Assembly: GCA_913056355.1 (NCBI GenBank) | Contig: CAJXMX010000001.1 | Location: forward strand, 1 to 50,274 | DNA: 50,274 bases | Reading direction: 5' to 3' | DNA from: an uncultured Opitutales bacterium | GTDB taxonomy: Bacteria; Verrucomicrobiota; Verrucomicrobiia; Opitutales; Oceanipulchritudinaceae | Shown here: in pieces, positions 9,905-18,587 of the stretch | Numbering within the stretch: position 1 is the stretch's first letter | Layout: each line of letters begins with the position of its first letter | Translations under genes and position numbers: made by a program | Notes under the pieces: model-generated | What the model was told of the DNA's origin: nothing | The model's database searches: none | What the model saw: the letters and a program-made list of their open reading frames with translations, nothing else

Positions 9905-10420
9905 ATGAACCGCATCACGTTAATCCTTTTTGCCATCGCCATGAGCCCGTTTTCCCTATTTGCCAAAGATCCCCTTGAGGTCGGCCAAGCCGCACCGGCC
10001 CCGGCCGTAAAAGACCAAATGGGCCGGCCCGTAGACCTGGCCTCCCTGTACGAAAAAGGGCCGGTAGTCGTCTATTTCTATCCCCGCGCGGACACGCCCG
10101 GCTGCACCAAGCAGGCCTGCAACCTGCGGGACAACTACAGTGCCCTCCAGAAAATGGGCATCACCGTGTTGGGCGTCAGTACCGACAAGGAAAAGAACCA
10201 GCTGGCCTTCCAGGAAAAGTACGACCTTCCCTTCACGCTGATTGCCGATGATGAGAAAACCCTCGGGGAAGCCTTCGGGGTGGGAGGATTCCTGGGCATG
10301 GCCTACAAGCGCCAGACTTTCCTCATTGTGGACGGCAAAGTGGCCTGGAGGGACCTGAGTGCCAGTCCATCCACCCAGGCTGAGGACGTTATCTCGGCCC
10401 TGACCGATCTCAATAAATAA
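9905..10420 (+). CDS. bcp: Peroxiredoxin, BCP/PrxQ family, with signal peptide
   Basis: YFYPRADTPGCTKQAC active site; hydrophobic N-terminal signal ending SLFA. Confidence 0.9.
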   Translation: MNRITLILFAIAMSPFSLFAKDPLEVGQAAPAPAVKDQMGRPVDLASLYEKGPVVVYFYPRADTPGCTKQACNLRDNYSALQKMGITVLGVSTDKEKNQLAFQEKYDLPFTLIADDEKTLGEAFGVGGFLGMAYKRQTFLIVDGKVAWRDLSASPSTQAEDVISALTDLNK

Positions 10421-10430
10421 GGGCCCTGCG

Positions 10431-10871
10431 GTGCGGCAATGGATCGCCTTCATCGCGCTGGGGCTGCTCTGGCCAAACTGGTCCGCGGCAGCCATCGAGG
10501 AAGGCGCCCTCATGACCGCGCGCCAGAAGGCGCTTGAAGAGGGAAAGTATCTTTATGTGGCTTTCCTCGGGGAGGGCTGGTCCGTCCGGTGCAAGCGCTT
10601 CCAGGAGCATGTCCTGGATGATCCCGCCTTCAGGGAGTTCGCCGCCGGGCACCTGGTTTATTTTCCAGTCCTGGCCAGGCGCAAGCCGCCGCTGTCCAGG
10701 GAGGAAACAGCGGTCCTCCAGTCATGGGTCATTCACTTCGACATCAAGGCCTACCCCACCCTGATCCTGATTGCCCCCGACGGAAAGGAGCTGTTGCGAC
10801 ACGGATACAAGGACCTGGACGGTCCCGCCTATGTGGAATTGCTGCGCAGCCTGCTCCCGGCGGGCGCCTAG
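10431..10871 (+). CDS. Exported thioredoxin-fold protein (SxxC variant)
   Basis: Signal peptide, F.G..WSVRC and the cis-Pro motif AYPTL. Confidence 0.7.
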   Translation: MRQWIAFIALGLLWPNWSAAAIEEGALMTARQKALEEGKYLYVAFLGEGWSVRCKRFQEHVLDDPAFREFAAGHLVYFPVLARRKPPLSREETAVLQSWVIHFDIKAYPTLILIAPDGKELLRHGYKDLDGPAYVELLRSLLPAGA

Positions 10872-12121
10872 ACCATATTGATGACGAAGGCGATGGCCAC
10901 GCTGACCCCGAGGCCGAATCCGGCCTTGACCATGTCCTTGCGGGCCAGCTTGAAGGCCTGCTTCATGCTCCGGTCGCTGCTCTTGGAGAGGGCGAAGGCA
11001 ATTTCCCGGCCGGCCAGGAGTCCAAGGAAGACCCAGGTCGTGCTCATCGGCACGTTACTCTGGATCTTGAAGATGTAGAGGACCACCCCATAGACCAGGT
11101 CAACGATGGTGGCCGAGCGGATATCATGGGTATTGGTCTTGGAGGTGACCACTTTCTGGATCTTGCCCCCGTGGTTGTAGTAAATGAAGGCCTGCACCGC
11201 CAGCATCCAGGCGATGGCGAACAGGAGCCAGGGAAGTTCCGGCATGCGGGGGATGTAGACAAAAATGTTGGCCATGTCCTGGACCAGCCACATCGACCAC
11301 AGGAAGGCCGTTGAGCCCCATTGCAGGTAAACCCAGATCGGCTTGATGCCCCCCTCGCCTTCCTTGCGCCATCGGCTTTCCACCCCGCGCATGACGCTCA
11401 GGTAGACCACGACCGCCGATACCATGGCCACCAGGTAACCCATGAGGGACTTGGTCAGCATGCTGCTCAGCACCGCCGGCTGGAAGGTGATCAGGACCAG
11501 GAAGGAGGTGCTGACGGGGAAGCCGTAACGGGTCAGGATCAGGAGGACCAATGGGGGAATAAGATGCTTCCAGGTGATGAAAACGCTGACATCCCGACGC
11601 TGCTGGAATTGCTCCAGGACCTCGTCCACCTTGTCCACCACGGCCCGGACGGCCACCCGCTGGGCGTTGGGGATGCCGGGATCCGCAGCCTCGGCCTGGA
11701 GGGGGCGGAATTTCTCCATGAGGAGAGCCAGGCTGGCATCGAACTCCTGCGGTTGCTTCACGAAAACCGACTTGGTTACTTCCAGCTGTTGGAGGAACTG
11801 GTCCATGTCGTCGAGCACCTTTTCCTGAATCGGATCGGCCCCGACCGCCATCCGCGCGTACTCGATCTCCTCCTCCACCTCGGCAATGGAGACGGATTTG
11901 TCATAGACCTTGTTGAGGCGGTTGTAGGAGGGATCCTGGTTGTGGGTCAGCCAGCCGTAAAGGATCACCGCCACCATGACGGAGCTGCTGAAGATCCAGA
12001 GCTGCCACCACTTGCGGTGGGAGTTGGAGTACAGGAAGGTGCCGAGCGTTTGAATCGAGTCATTCCCCACAATGGCGTATGCCGCCAGGAGGAAACCAAT
12101 GATCATGTATAGGGTCGCCAT
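10868..12121 (-). CDS. Multi-pass membrane protein related to the PiT inorganic phosphate transporter family
   Basis: GNDSIQTLGT resembles the PiT GxND signature; PVSTS and PMSTT motifs; many TM segments. Confidence 0.6.
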   Translation of the reverse strand: MATLYMIIGFLLAAYAIVGNDSIQTLGTFLYSNSHRKWWQLWIFSSSVMVAVILYGWLTHNQDPSYNRLNKVYDKSVSIAEVEEEIEYARMAVGADPIQEKVLDDMDQFLQQLEVTKSVFVKQPQEFDASLALLMEKFRPLQAEAADPGIPNAQRVAVRAVVDKVDEVLEQFQQRRDVSVFITWKHLIPPLVLLILTRYGFPVSTSFLVLITFQPAVLSSMLTKSLMGYLVAMVSAVVVYLSVMRGVESRWRKEGEGGIKPIWVYLQWGSTAFLWSMWLVQDMANIFVYIPRMPELPWLLFAIAWMLAVQAFIYYNHGGKIQKVVTSKTNTHDIRSATIVDLVYGVVLYIFKIQSNVPMSTTWVFLGLLAGREIAFALSKSSDRSMKQAFKLARKDMVKAGFGLGVSVAIAFVINMV

Positions 12122-12192
12122 GGTATTGTAGCTGGATCAATGGCAAGTTGAGGCGCCTGGCCGCGCTTGACAACGGAATTAACCCGCCGGGA

Positions 12193-13473
12193 TCAACTAA
12201 GGACCTTGTAACGGTCAAAAGAAGAGGCCAGGCGGACCGGAACATTGGCCACCATGTGGACGCCTTCCTCCCCGGCACGCTCCTCGCGGACCGTTCCCTG
12301 CTCATGCAGCTGGCTGATCAGGTCATAGCGATCGAACGGCATGAGCAGTTCCATGGTCAGCATGCGGTCCTCCAGCATCGCTTCGCAGCGCTCCATCAAC
12401 TCGGGCAGCCCGTCGCCGTCGAGGGCGCTGACGGCCACCGGAGTCCCTTTCCGGTTCTGGCGGAATCCCATCGGCATGTCCACGCACCGGTCGATCTTGT
12501 TGTAGACGGTGATAATCCGTTTCTCGTCTGCTCCCAGCTCCTTCAGGACCTCCATCGTGGTGTGCAGGTGCTCCTCGAACTCCGGATTGCTGACATCCAC
12601 CACGTGGATCAGGAAGTCGGCCAGGACGGCTTCCTCGAGGGTGGCCTTGAAAGCCTCCACCAGCTGGTGGGGGAGACGCCGGACAAAGCCGACAGTATCC
12701 GTAATGAGGAGTTTCTGCCCGGAGGGGAGCCGCATCTGGCGGGTGGTCGGATCCAGGGTGGCAAAGAGCTTGTCCTCGGAAAGGACCGAGGCACCGGTCA
12801 GGGCGTTGAGCAGGGTGGATTTTCCGGCGTTGGTATAGCCGACAATGGCGGTCGTCGGGACCGGCACCTTGCGCCGCTGCTTGCGCTGGGTCTGCCGGTG
12901 CCGCACCACCAGGCTCAGCTCCTGCTTGAGCTTGGCGATCCGCTGGCGGACCATCCGCGCGTCCAGCTCGATCTGGGCTTCCCCTTCGCCGCGCTGGGTG
13001 ACCCCGCCCCCGCCGCGCTGGCGGCTGAGGTGGGTCCAGGCGTTCTTGAGCCGGGGCAGGGAGTGCTCGGCCCGGGCCAGTTCCACCTGCAGGACAGCTT
13101 CCCGGGTGCTGGCCCGTTCATGAAAAATGTCGAGAATGATTTCCTGCCGGTCAATGACGCAGATCCCGCTGGCCGACTCCCAGTTCCGCTGCTGGGCCGG
13201 TGTCAGCTCGGCGTCCAGCACCAGGCAGTCCGCCTCCACTTCCCGGGCCCGGGCCACAATCTGCTCCACTTTGCCGGCGCCCAGCAGGAAACGGGACTGC
13301 GGGACCCGGAGACGGACCACTTCCCGGCCGACAATGCCGATGCCGAGCGTGCTGACCAGCTCATCGAGCTCGTCCAGCAGACTGGACGCTTCCCCGTCAG
13401 GCTCCCCGGACTGGGCCAGCCCGACCAGGTAAGCCCGCTCCACCATCTTGGGTTTTTCCCGGACATCAAACAT
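12193..13473 (-). CDS. hflX: Ribosome-splitting GTPase HflX
   Basis: GYTNAGKSTL, LFATLDPT, DTVGF, NKID and the Gly-rich RQRGGGG..RGEGE. Start at MFDVRE. Confidence 0.96.
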   Translation of the reverse strand: MFDVREKPKMVERAYLVGLAQSGEPDGEASSLLDELDELVSTLGIGIVGREVVRLRVPQSRFLLGAGKVEQIVARAREVEADCLVLDAELTPAQQRNWESASGICVIDRQEIILDIFHERASTREAVLQVELARAEHSLPRLKNAWTHLSRQRGGGGVTQRGEGEAQIELDARMVRQRIAKLKQELSLVVRHRQTQRKQRRKVPVPTTAIVGYTNAGKSTLLNALTGASVLSEDKLFATLDPTTRQMRLPSGQKLLITDTVGFVRRLPHQLVEAFKATLEEAVLADFLIHVVDVSNPEFEEHLHTTMEVLKELGADEKRIITVYNKIDRCVDMPMGFRQNRKGTPVAVSALDGDGLPELMERCEAMLEDRMLTMELLMPFDRYDLISQLHEQGTVREERAGEEGVHMVANVPVRLASSFDRYKVLS

Positions 13474-13532
13474 AGGATCAATCCCGCAACTTCGCCCATG
13501 AATCCCACGCCTGTCAACGATCGGCAAAAATT

Positions 13533-13548
13533 CCGGGAACATTCCCCT
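13533..13548. promoter_or_regulatory. GGGAA-N2-TTCCC palindrome upstream of the sigma-54 regulator (possible autoregulatory site)
   Basis: CCGGGAACATTCCCCT has the same core as the palindromes at 15100-15115 and 15144-15159. Confidence 0.4.
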
Positions 13549-13709
13549 CCTCACCGGGGACGATGGTATCCCCCCAATGCTGGAAACCCGCATCCCGAGT
13601 GGTTGATGGCGGGCTCCATGCAGACCCTGGCAGCGGTTATCCGCCAGTCCGGCTTCCCGGCCCGGCAAACCGGCTTGCCAGGGTCCCATTTTTTTAAAGG
13701 CTGGAGCTG

Positions 13710-15098
13710 ATGCTCAATGGCCGCCACATCCTGGTCCTTGAAGACGAGGCGCTCCTCCGAAAATCCCTGTGCCGATACCTCGAATCCCTCGGGGCGGAGG
13801 CCTATCCCGCCGAATCGATTGCCCAGGCCAGGGAGCTGCGCGCTTCCCTCGAGCTCGACTTCGCCCTGCTGGACATCAACCTGCCCGACGGAAACGGCCT
13901 TGACCTGCTTCTTGATCCCGGGTTCTCCAGCAATACCAAGGTCGTGATCATGACCGCCGAGGGAGGCATCAGAACCGCCGTGGAAGCGATCCGGCGGGGA
14001 GCCAGCGATTACCTCAGCAAACCCTTTGACCCGGAGGAACTTCCGGTCGTCTTCAGCAGGATTTCCCGCCAGACCGCCCGGTCCCGGATCGAGGAATTCG
14101 AACGGGAAACCCGGGCCAAACCGGAAGCCTCGCTTTTCATCGGCCGGCGCATGCGGATGGTCCGGGAGCAGCTGGACAAGATCCTGCAGGCCGACCAGCG
14201 CCTGGGGACGCACCTGCCGCCGGTCCTCATCGAGGGGGAGACGGGAACCGGAAAGTCCACCATCGCCCGCTGGCTGCACGAGCAGGGTCCCCGCCGGGAA
14301 GCGCCCCTGATCGAGATCAACTGCTCCACACTCCCCGAATCCCTGGCTGAATCAGAACTCTTCGGCCATGAACGGGGTGCCTTCACCGATGCCCGCAAGG
14401 AGAGGATCGGCCTCTTTGAAGCCGCCGACGCGGGAAGCCTCTTTCTAGATGAAATCGCCAGCCTTCCCCTGACCCTCCAGGCCAAGGTCCTGACCGCCAT
14501 CGAGGACCGCCGCATCCGGCGGGTTGGCGGGAATACCCAGCGATCCGTCGATGTGCGCCTGGTCGCAGCCTCCATCCACCCGCTGCAGGAACTGGTCCGC
14601 GATGGGAGTTTTCGGGAAGACCTTTACCACCGCCTCAACCTCCTCCAGTTGCGGATTCCTCCCCTGCGGGAATTTCCGGAAGACATTCCGGCCCTCGCCC
14701 GGCACCTTCTGGAGACCCTCAGGAAGCGTTACCGGAGGCCCCGGGCAGATCTCTCCCCGGCGGCCTGCAAACGCTTGATGCATTACACCTGGCCGGGCAA
14801 TGTCCGGGAACTCCTTCATGAGCTGGAGCGCTCCCTCATTTTCAGCGACAGCGACCAACTCGATTTCACCCATTTGGATGCGCCGCCGGAATCCGCTTCC
14901 GGGGACCGGCAAATCCCCTCCCTGATGAATCCGCTCTGGAGGCTCCCCGGGGATGATTTCCAGTTCGAGGAAAGCCTGAAGGAACTGACCCGGGCAGTCA
15001 TCGAGGAAGCCTTGCGGGAGGAAGACGGCAATGTCTCCGCCGCGGCCCGACGCCTGGGCGTGGCCCGGGACTTTATCCGCTACCGCCTCGATTCCTGA
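13710..15098 (+). CDS. Sigma-54-dependent response regulator (NtrC/ZraR family)
   Basis: Receiver (LEDE, LDINLPDGNG, KPF), AAA+ GETGTGKS, ESELFGHERGAFTDA, LFLDEI, WPGNVREL and a Fis-type HTH. Confidence 0.95.
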   Translation: MLNGRHILVLEDEALLRKSLCRYLESLGAEAYPAESIAQARELRASLELDFALLDINLPDGNGLDLLLDPGFSSNTKVVIMTAEGGIRTAVEAIRRGASDYLSKPFDPEELPVVFSRISRQTARSRIEEFERETRAKPEASLFIGRRMRMVREQLDKILQADQRLGTHLPPVLIEGETGTGKSTIARWLHEQGPRREAPLIEINCSTLPESLAESELFGHERGAFTDARKERIGLFEAADAGSLFLDEIASLPLTLQAKVLTAIEDRRIRRVGGNTQRSVDVRLVAASIHPLQELVRDGSFREDLYHRLNLLQLRIPPLREFPEDIPALARHLLETLRKRYRRPRADLSPAACKRLMHYTWPGNVRELLHELERSLIFSDSDQLDFTHLDAPPESASGDRQIPSLMNPLWRLPGDDFQFEESLKELTRAVIEEALREEDGNVSAAARRLGVARDFIRYRLDS

Positions 15099-15099
15099 C

Positions 15100-15159
15100 T
15101 GGGGAATATTTCCCAACCAGCCTCAAATGGGGCCGCCTAAAAGTGGGGAATTTTCCCCA
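15100..15159. promoter_or_regulatory. Tandem palindromic upstream activator sites
   Basis: TGGGGAATATTTCCCA (15100-15115) and TGGGGAATTTTCCCCA (15144-15159), 44 bp apart and about 90-145 bp upstream of a sigma-54 promoter. Confidence 0.7.
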
Positions 15160-15245
15160 GCCGGCACCGGAGGCAAAAGCATGAGCTGCGGCATGAAATT
15201 CGTAAACCACTTTCATTCAGCTGCTTAAGAAATAATGATGGCAGC

Positions 15246-15261
15246 TGGCATTGTACCTGCA
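15246..15261 (+). promoter_or_regulatory. Sigma-54 (-24/-12) promoter
   Basis: TGGCATTGTACCTGCA has correct GG-N10-GC spacing. An IHF-like ATTCAGCTGCTTA lies at 15215-15227. Confidence 0.75.
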
Positions 15262-15310
15262 AAAGAAATGGCATCTCCGCTATTCTAAAACCTTAAAACC
15301 CGATACGATT

Positions 15311-15922
15311 ATGAAAAAGCCATTGATTATACTTCTAAGCACTTTCGCCCTGACGTCGCTGTCAATCGGTCAAGGCATGGGACCCAATGAACCCGGAATG
15401 GGTGGCTCCGGCCCGGGAGGCGGACACATGTGGGAAGGCGCTCCCGATGTCGATCTGCCTCCGGAAATCGTCGCCCTGCGCGAACAGATCCAGGAAAAGC
15501 GCCAACTCCTCAAGGAGGACCGCGACGCCCTTCTGGCCCAGCTGCAGGAACAGGGAGCCACGGACGAGGATGTCCGTGCCGCCCTTCTGGCCTGGAGAGA
15601 GGAACATGCCGGCGATGTTGGTGAAATCCGCGAACTGGCCCTGCAGATCCGCACCTATTTCCGGGAAAACCGCCCGGAACGTCCGGATCCAGTCATTACC
15701 CAGGCGATGATGAACCGTCGCGAACGGTTCCGCCTCAACACCCAGGAAATCGTCCAGCTGCGCACCCAGCTCAGGGAAATGGATCCCGAGAGTGAAGCCT
15801 GCCAGGAGCTGAGGAACCAGCTGCAGGAAAAGCTTCAAGAACGCAAAGCAATGTTGCGTAACAAGCGCACCCAGGAAGGCGGCGGCGCTGGTGGAGATCG
15901 CCGCGGCAACACGGGTGGTTGA
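15311..15922 (+). CDS. Exported helical/coiled-coil protein, Spy/CpxP/ZraP-like architecture
   Basis: Signal peptide MKKPLIILLSTFALTSLSIG, a Gly/Met/His-rich N-terminus (GMGPNEPGMGGSGPGGGHM) and an R/E/Q-rich helical body. Confidence 0.7.
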   Translation: MKKPLIILLSTFALTSLSIGQGMGPNEPGMGGSGPGGGHMWEGAPDVDLPPEIVALREQIQEKRQLLKEDRDALLAQLQEQGATDEDVRAALLAWREEHAGDVGEIRELALQIRTYFRENRPERPDPVITQAMMNRRERFRLNTQEIVQLRTQLREMDPESEACQELRNQLQEKLQERKAMLRNKRTQEGGGAGGDRRGNTGG

Positions 15923-15955
15923 TTGTCTCGCTTGAATTGCCTATCGTTCCCTACT

Positions 15956-15990
15956 GAGCGGGCGGATTTGGTCCGCCCGCTCTTTACTTT
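15956..15990 (+). terminator. Rho-independent terminator
   Basis: GAGCGGGCGGA-TTTGG-TCCGCCCGCTC, a perfect 11-bp stem followed by TTTACTTT. Confidence 0.8.
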
Positions 15991-16017
15991 GAAATCTCCA
16001 CCACCAGCTCCACCAGA

Positions 16018-17223
16018 ATGTCCCCCCAATTCCACCCGAAAGCGGGCCAGATCCTCCTGGCTGCGGTCCTGGTCCTGAGCGGATCCCTCCTGCAGGCCGC
16101 CGGGGAGGACACCGGAACCGAACCGGACAGCCTGGAGGCCCTCCTGGCGGAAACCGAAGCCATGGTCGAGGGCCCCCTTCCCTTCGAGGATGGCATGATC
16201 GAGGAAGAGCCGGCGGAAACGGTCTTCCTGGCCATTGGATCCGTCCAGTCCGGCCCGGGTTACTCGGGCAATTACCTGAAGTCCACCGAAGCGGTGGAGA
16301 GTGCCTATCTCCATCTCGAGGCCGATGCCTGGCTGGGATGGATGGCCGAAACCTGGTCCGCCAGCGGCTTTATCTTTGCCGAGAGCAATATTTACGAGGA
16401 GGAAACGGAATACCTGACCCTGGCCCAGTTCACCGGCCGCATCAGCCGGGGACCGTTCGACCTCGGCTCCGAGGCCCTCGTCATTTACGGGGAGCAGGTC
16501 TTCGATTCCAGCCTCTATGACATCAACAGCATTCCTACCGGCACCCTGATCGAGGAGTTCCTCCCGGAACTGAGCCTTTTCGTCGACTGGTTCGCCAGCG
16601 ACCGCAACCGGATCCGTCTGCAGCCGGCCATCCGGCGCCTGGAATTCGACATTGAGAAGCAGGACTACTGGGAACCCGCCGTGAAGCTGGAGTGGGAGCA
16701 CCTGTGGCACCCCACCCTTCGTACGGAGACCAGGCTGGAACTGGCGCGGGAAATCTATGACGACCAGGAATCGCTGTTGGGAACCTGGTACCCGGTCGGG
16801 GACTCCAGCCTGCTCGAGGTGGATAAACTGGAACTGGAGCAGGAATTTAAATGGGAACCGGGAAAATGGGTGGAGCTCAAGGTGCTGGCCGGCCTCTCCC
16901 GGGACTGGGACAGGTACGGGGATTTCAAGGACCTTCGCCGCTATTGGGGGGGCGCCGAAGTCAGGCTCAGGAGTGCCTGGGGGGATCTTACCCTGACCGG
17001 CCGCTTCCTCGAGATGGATTACCTGTACCGCCAGGCGGAACCCGGTGCGGCCACCCCCCTGGCCCGTCAATCCCAATGGTTCACCCGGCTGGAATATGAA
17101 AAGTCCCTGCCCTGGGACCTGATCCTGCATCTCAAGCTCAGCCGCATCGAGGTGGACTCCCGGACCCGCTTTGAATCCTACCTGGAGGAACGGGGGGAAA
17201 TAGTCCTCGAGTGGCACTATTGA
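16018..17223 (+). CDS. Putative outer-membrane beta-barrel protein
   Basis: Signal peptide, alternating amphipathic strands rich in W/Y/E, and a C-terminal aromatic residue (LEWHY). Confidence 0.65.
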   Translation: MSPQFHPKAGQILLAAVLVLSGSLLQAAGEDTGTEPDSLEALLAETEAMVEGPLPFEDGMIEEEPAETVFLAIGSVQSGPGYSGNYLKSTEAVESAYLHLEADAWLGWMAETWSASGFIFAESNIYEEETEYLTLAQFTGRISRGPFDLGSEALVIYGEQVFDSSLYDINSIPTGTLIEEFLPELSLFVDWFASDRNRIRLQPAIRRLEFDIEKQDYWEPAVKLEWEHLWHPTLRTETRLELAREIYDDQESLLGTWYPVGDSSLLEVDKLELEQEFKWEPGKWVELKVLAGLSRDWDRYGDFKDLRRYWGGAEVRLRSAWGDLTLTGRFLEMDYLYRQAEPGAATPLARQSQWFTRLEYEKSLPWDLILHLKLSRIEVDSRTRFESYLEERGEIVLEWHY

Positions 17224-17225
17224 CC

Positions 17226-18587
17226 ATGGATTCAGCGCAGGATAGATTGATGCCGGAGATGAAGAAAAAGCCCGATCAAAAGCAGTTCCACCGGGTGATC
17301 CTGTTCCTTGGGCTGATCAGCATGGGCATTTTCGCGGTCGGGCTGCTGGGCGCCCTCCTCTTCCTGCGCGAGGTTATCCGGGAACAGATTCTCAACCGCG
17401 ATGGCATCCTCCTGACCAGCGTGGCCCAGCACTTCCTTGATGCCGCGGATGGCGGGACAACCACCGACCTGATCGACGTAGCCCTGGAATCCAGCCAGCT
17501 CAGCGGGGTCATTGGCCTGCGCCTCTTTTCCCCGGAGGGCGAGAACCTGGCCCGGATTCCGGCCACCCTCTATACCACCGTCCTCCCGGCGGCGGACCTG
17601 CAGGAACTGGGCCGGGGCGATCCCGTGGTGCGCTACTTTCCCGATCTTCCCCTGGACACCCTTTTTTCCGACCAGGTGGATTTTGAAAAACCCCAGTCCT
17701 TCCCCACCACGGAAGTGCTGACTCCCATCCTGGCAGCTGATGGAACCCTTGAAGCCGTGCTCCAGTACTGGCTGGACGGACAGGCCGTGGCCCATGAGCT
17801 GGGTCACCTGGACCAGTTCCTGGGCGGTCTGGGACTGGTCATTTTCATCTCCGGGGGCCTGATTTTCCTCCTGGTCTTCCTCATCGCCCGTAAGCGCCTG
17901 CTGGAAATGGGCCTGCTCCTGGCCGAGCAGAACCGTTCCCTTGAAAAGGCCAACACCGAGCTGGCCCTGGCGGCCCGTACCTCCGCCATCGGATCCGTGA
18001 CCAGCCACTTGTTCCATGGACTCAAGAATCCGCTGGCCGGCCTCAAGGCTTACCTCCAGCTGACCGGAAAGGACGAGGAAGCCATGGCCATGGCCAACCG
18101 CATGCAGTCCCTCATCAACGAGTCCCTTTCGATCATTTCCGGACAGGAGAATCACCATCAGGTGCAGCTCAGCCTCGGGGAATTCCGCACCTTGCTGGAA
18201 CGCCGTCTGGGTGTTCAGCAAAGCGAACGGGTAATCCTGCAGTTTTCCGGCCAGGCCAGCCTTCCCGCCCGGAGAGCCCAGTTGCTGCTGCTGATCCTGC
18301 AGAACCTGGTCGACAACGCCCTCGAGGCGTCCGGCCCTGAGAGCAAGGTCCACCTCGAGCTGAACGCCGGACCGGACCGCCTGCGGGCGGAAGTCCGGGA
18401 TTCCGGACCCGGGCTGCCGGAACAGGTCCGCGGCCGGCTTTTCGAACCGGTCCGCAGCACCAAGCAGAACGGCACCGGAGTCGGCCTGGCCATCAGCGCC
18501 GCCCTGGCCCGGCATATCCCGGCGGACCTGGAACTGGTCGAGACGGGCCCCGCGGGAACCACATTTTCCATCAGCATGCCCCTATGA
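17226..18587 (+). CDS. Sensor histidine kinase
   Basis: Two TM helices flank a periplasmic domain; H-box FHGLKNPL, N-box NLVDNA, DSGPGL and GTGVGL. Confidence 0.92.
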   Translation: MDSAQDRLMPEMKKKPDQKQFHRVILFLGLISMGIFAVGLLGALLFLREVIREQILNRDGILLTSVAQHFLDAADGGTTTDLIDVALESSQLSGVIGLRLFSPEGENLARIPATLYTTVLPAADLQELGRGDPVVRYFPDLPLDTLFSDQVDFEKPQSFPTTEVLTPILAADGTLEAVLQYWLDGQAVAHELGHLDQFLGGLGLVIFISGGLIFLLVFLIARKRLLEMGLLLAEQNRSLEKANTELALAARTSAIGSVTSHLFHGLKNPLAGLKAYLQLTGKDEEAMAMANRMQSLINESLSIISGQENHHQVQLSLGEFRTLLERRLGVQQSERVILQFSGQASLPARRAQLLLLILQNLVDNALEASGPESKVHLELNAGPDRLRAEVRDSGPGLPEQVRGRLFEPVRSTKQNGTGVGLAISAALARHIPADLELVETGPAGTTFSISMPL

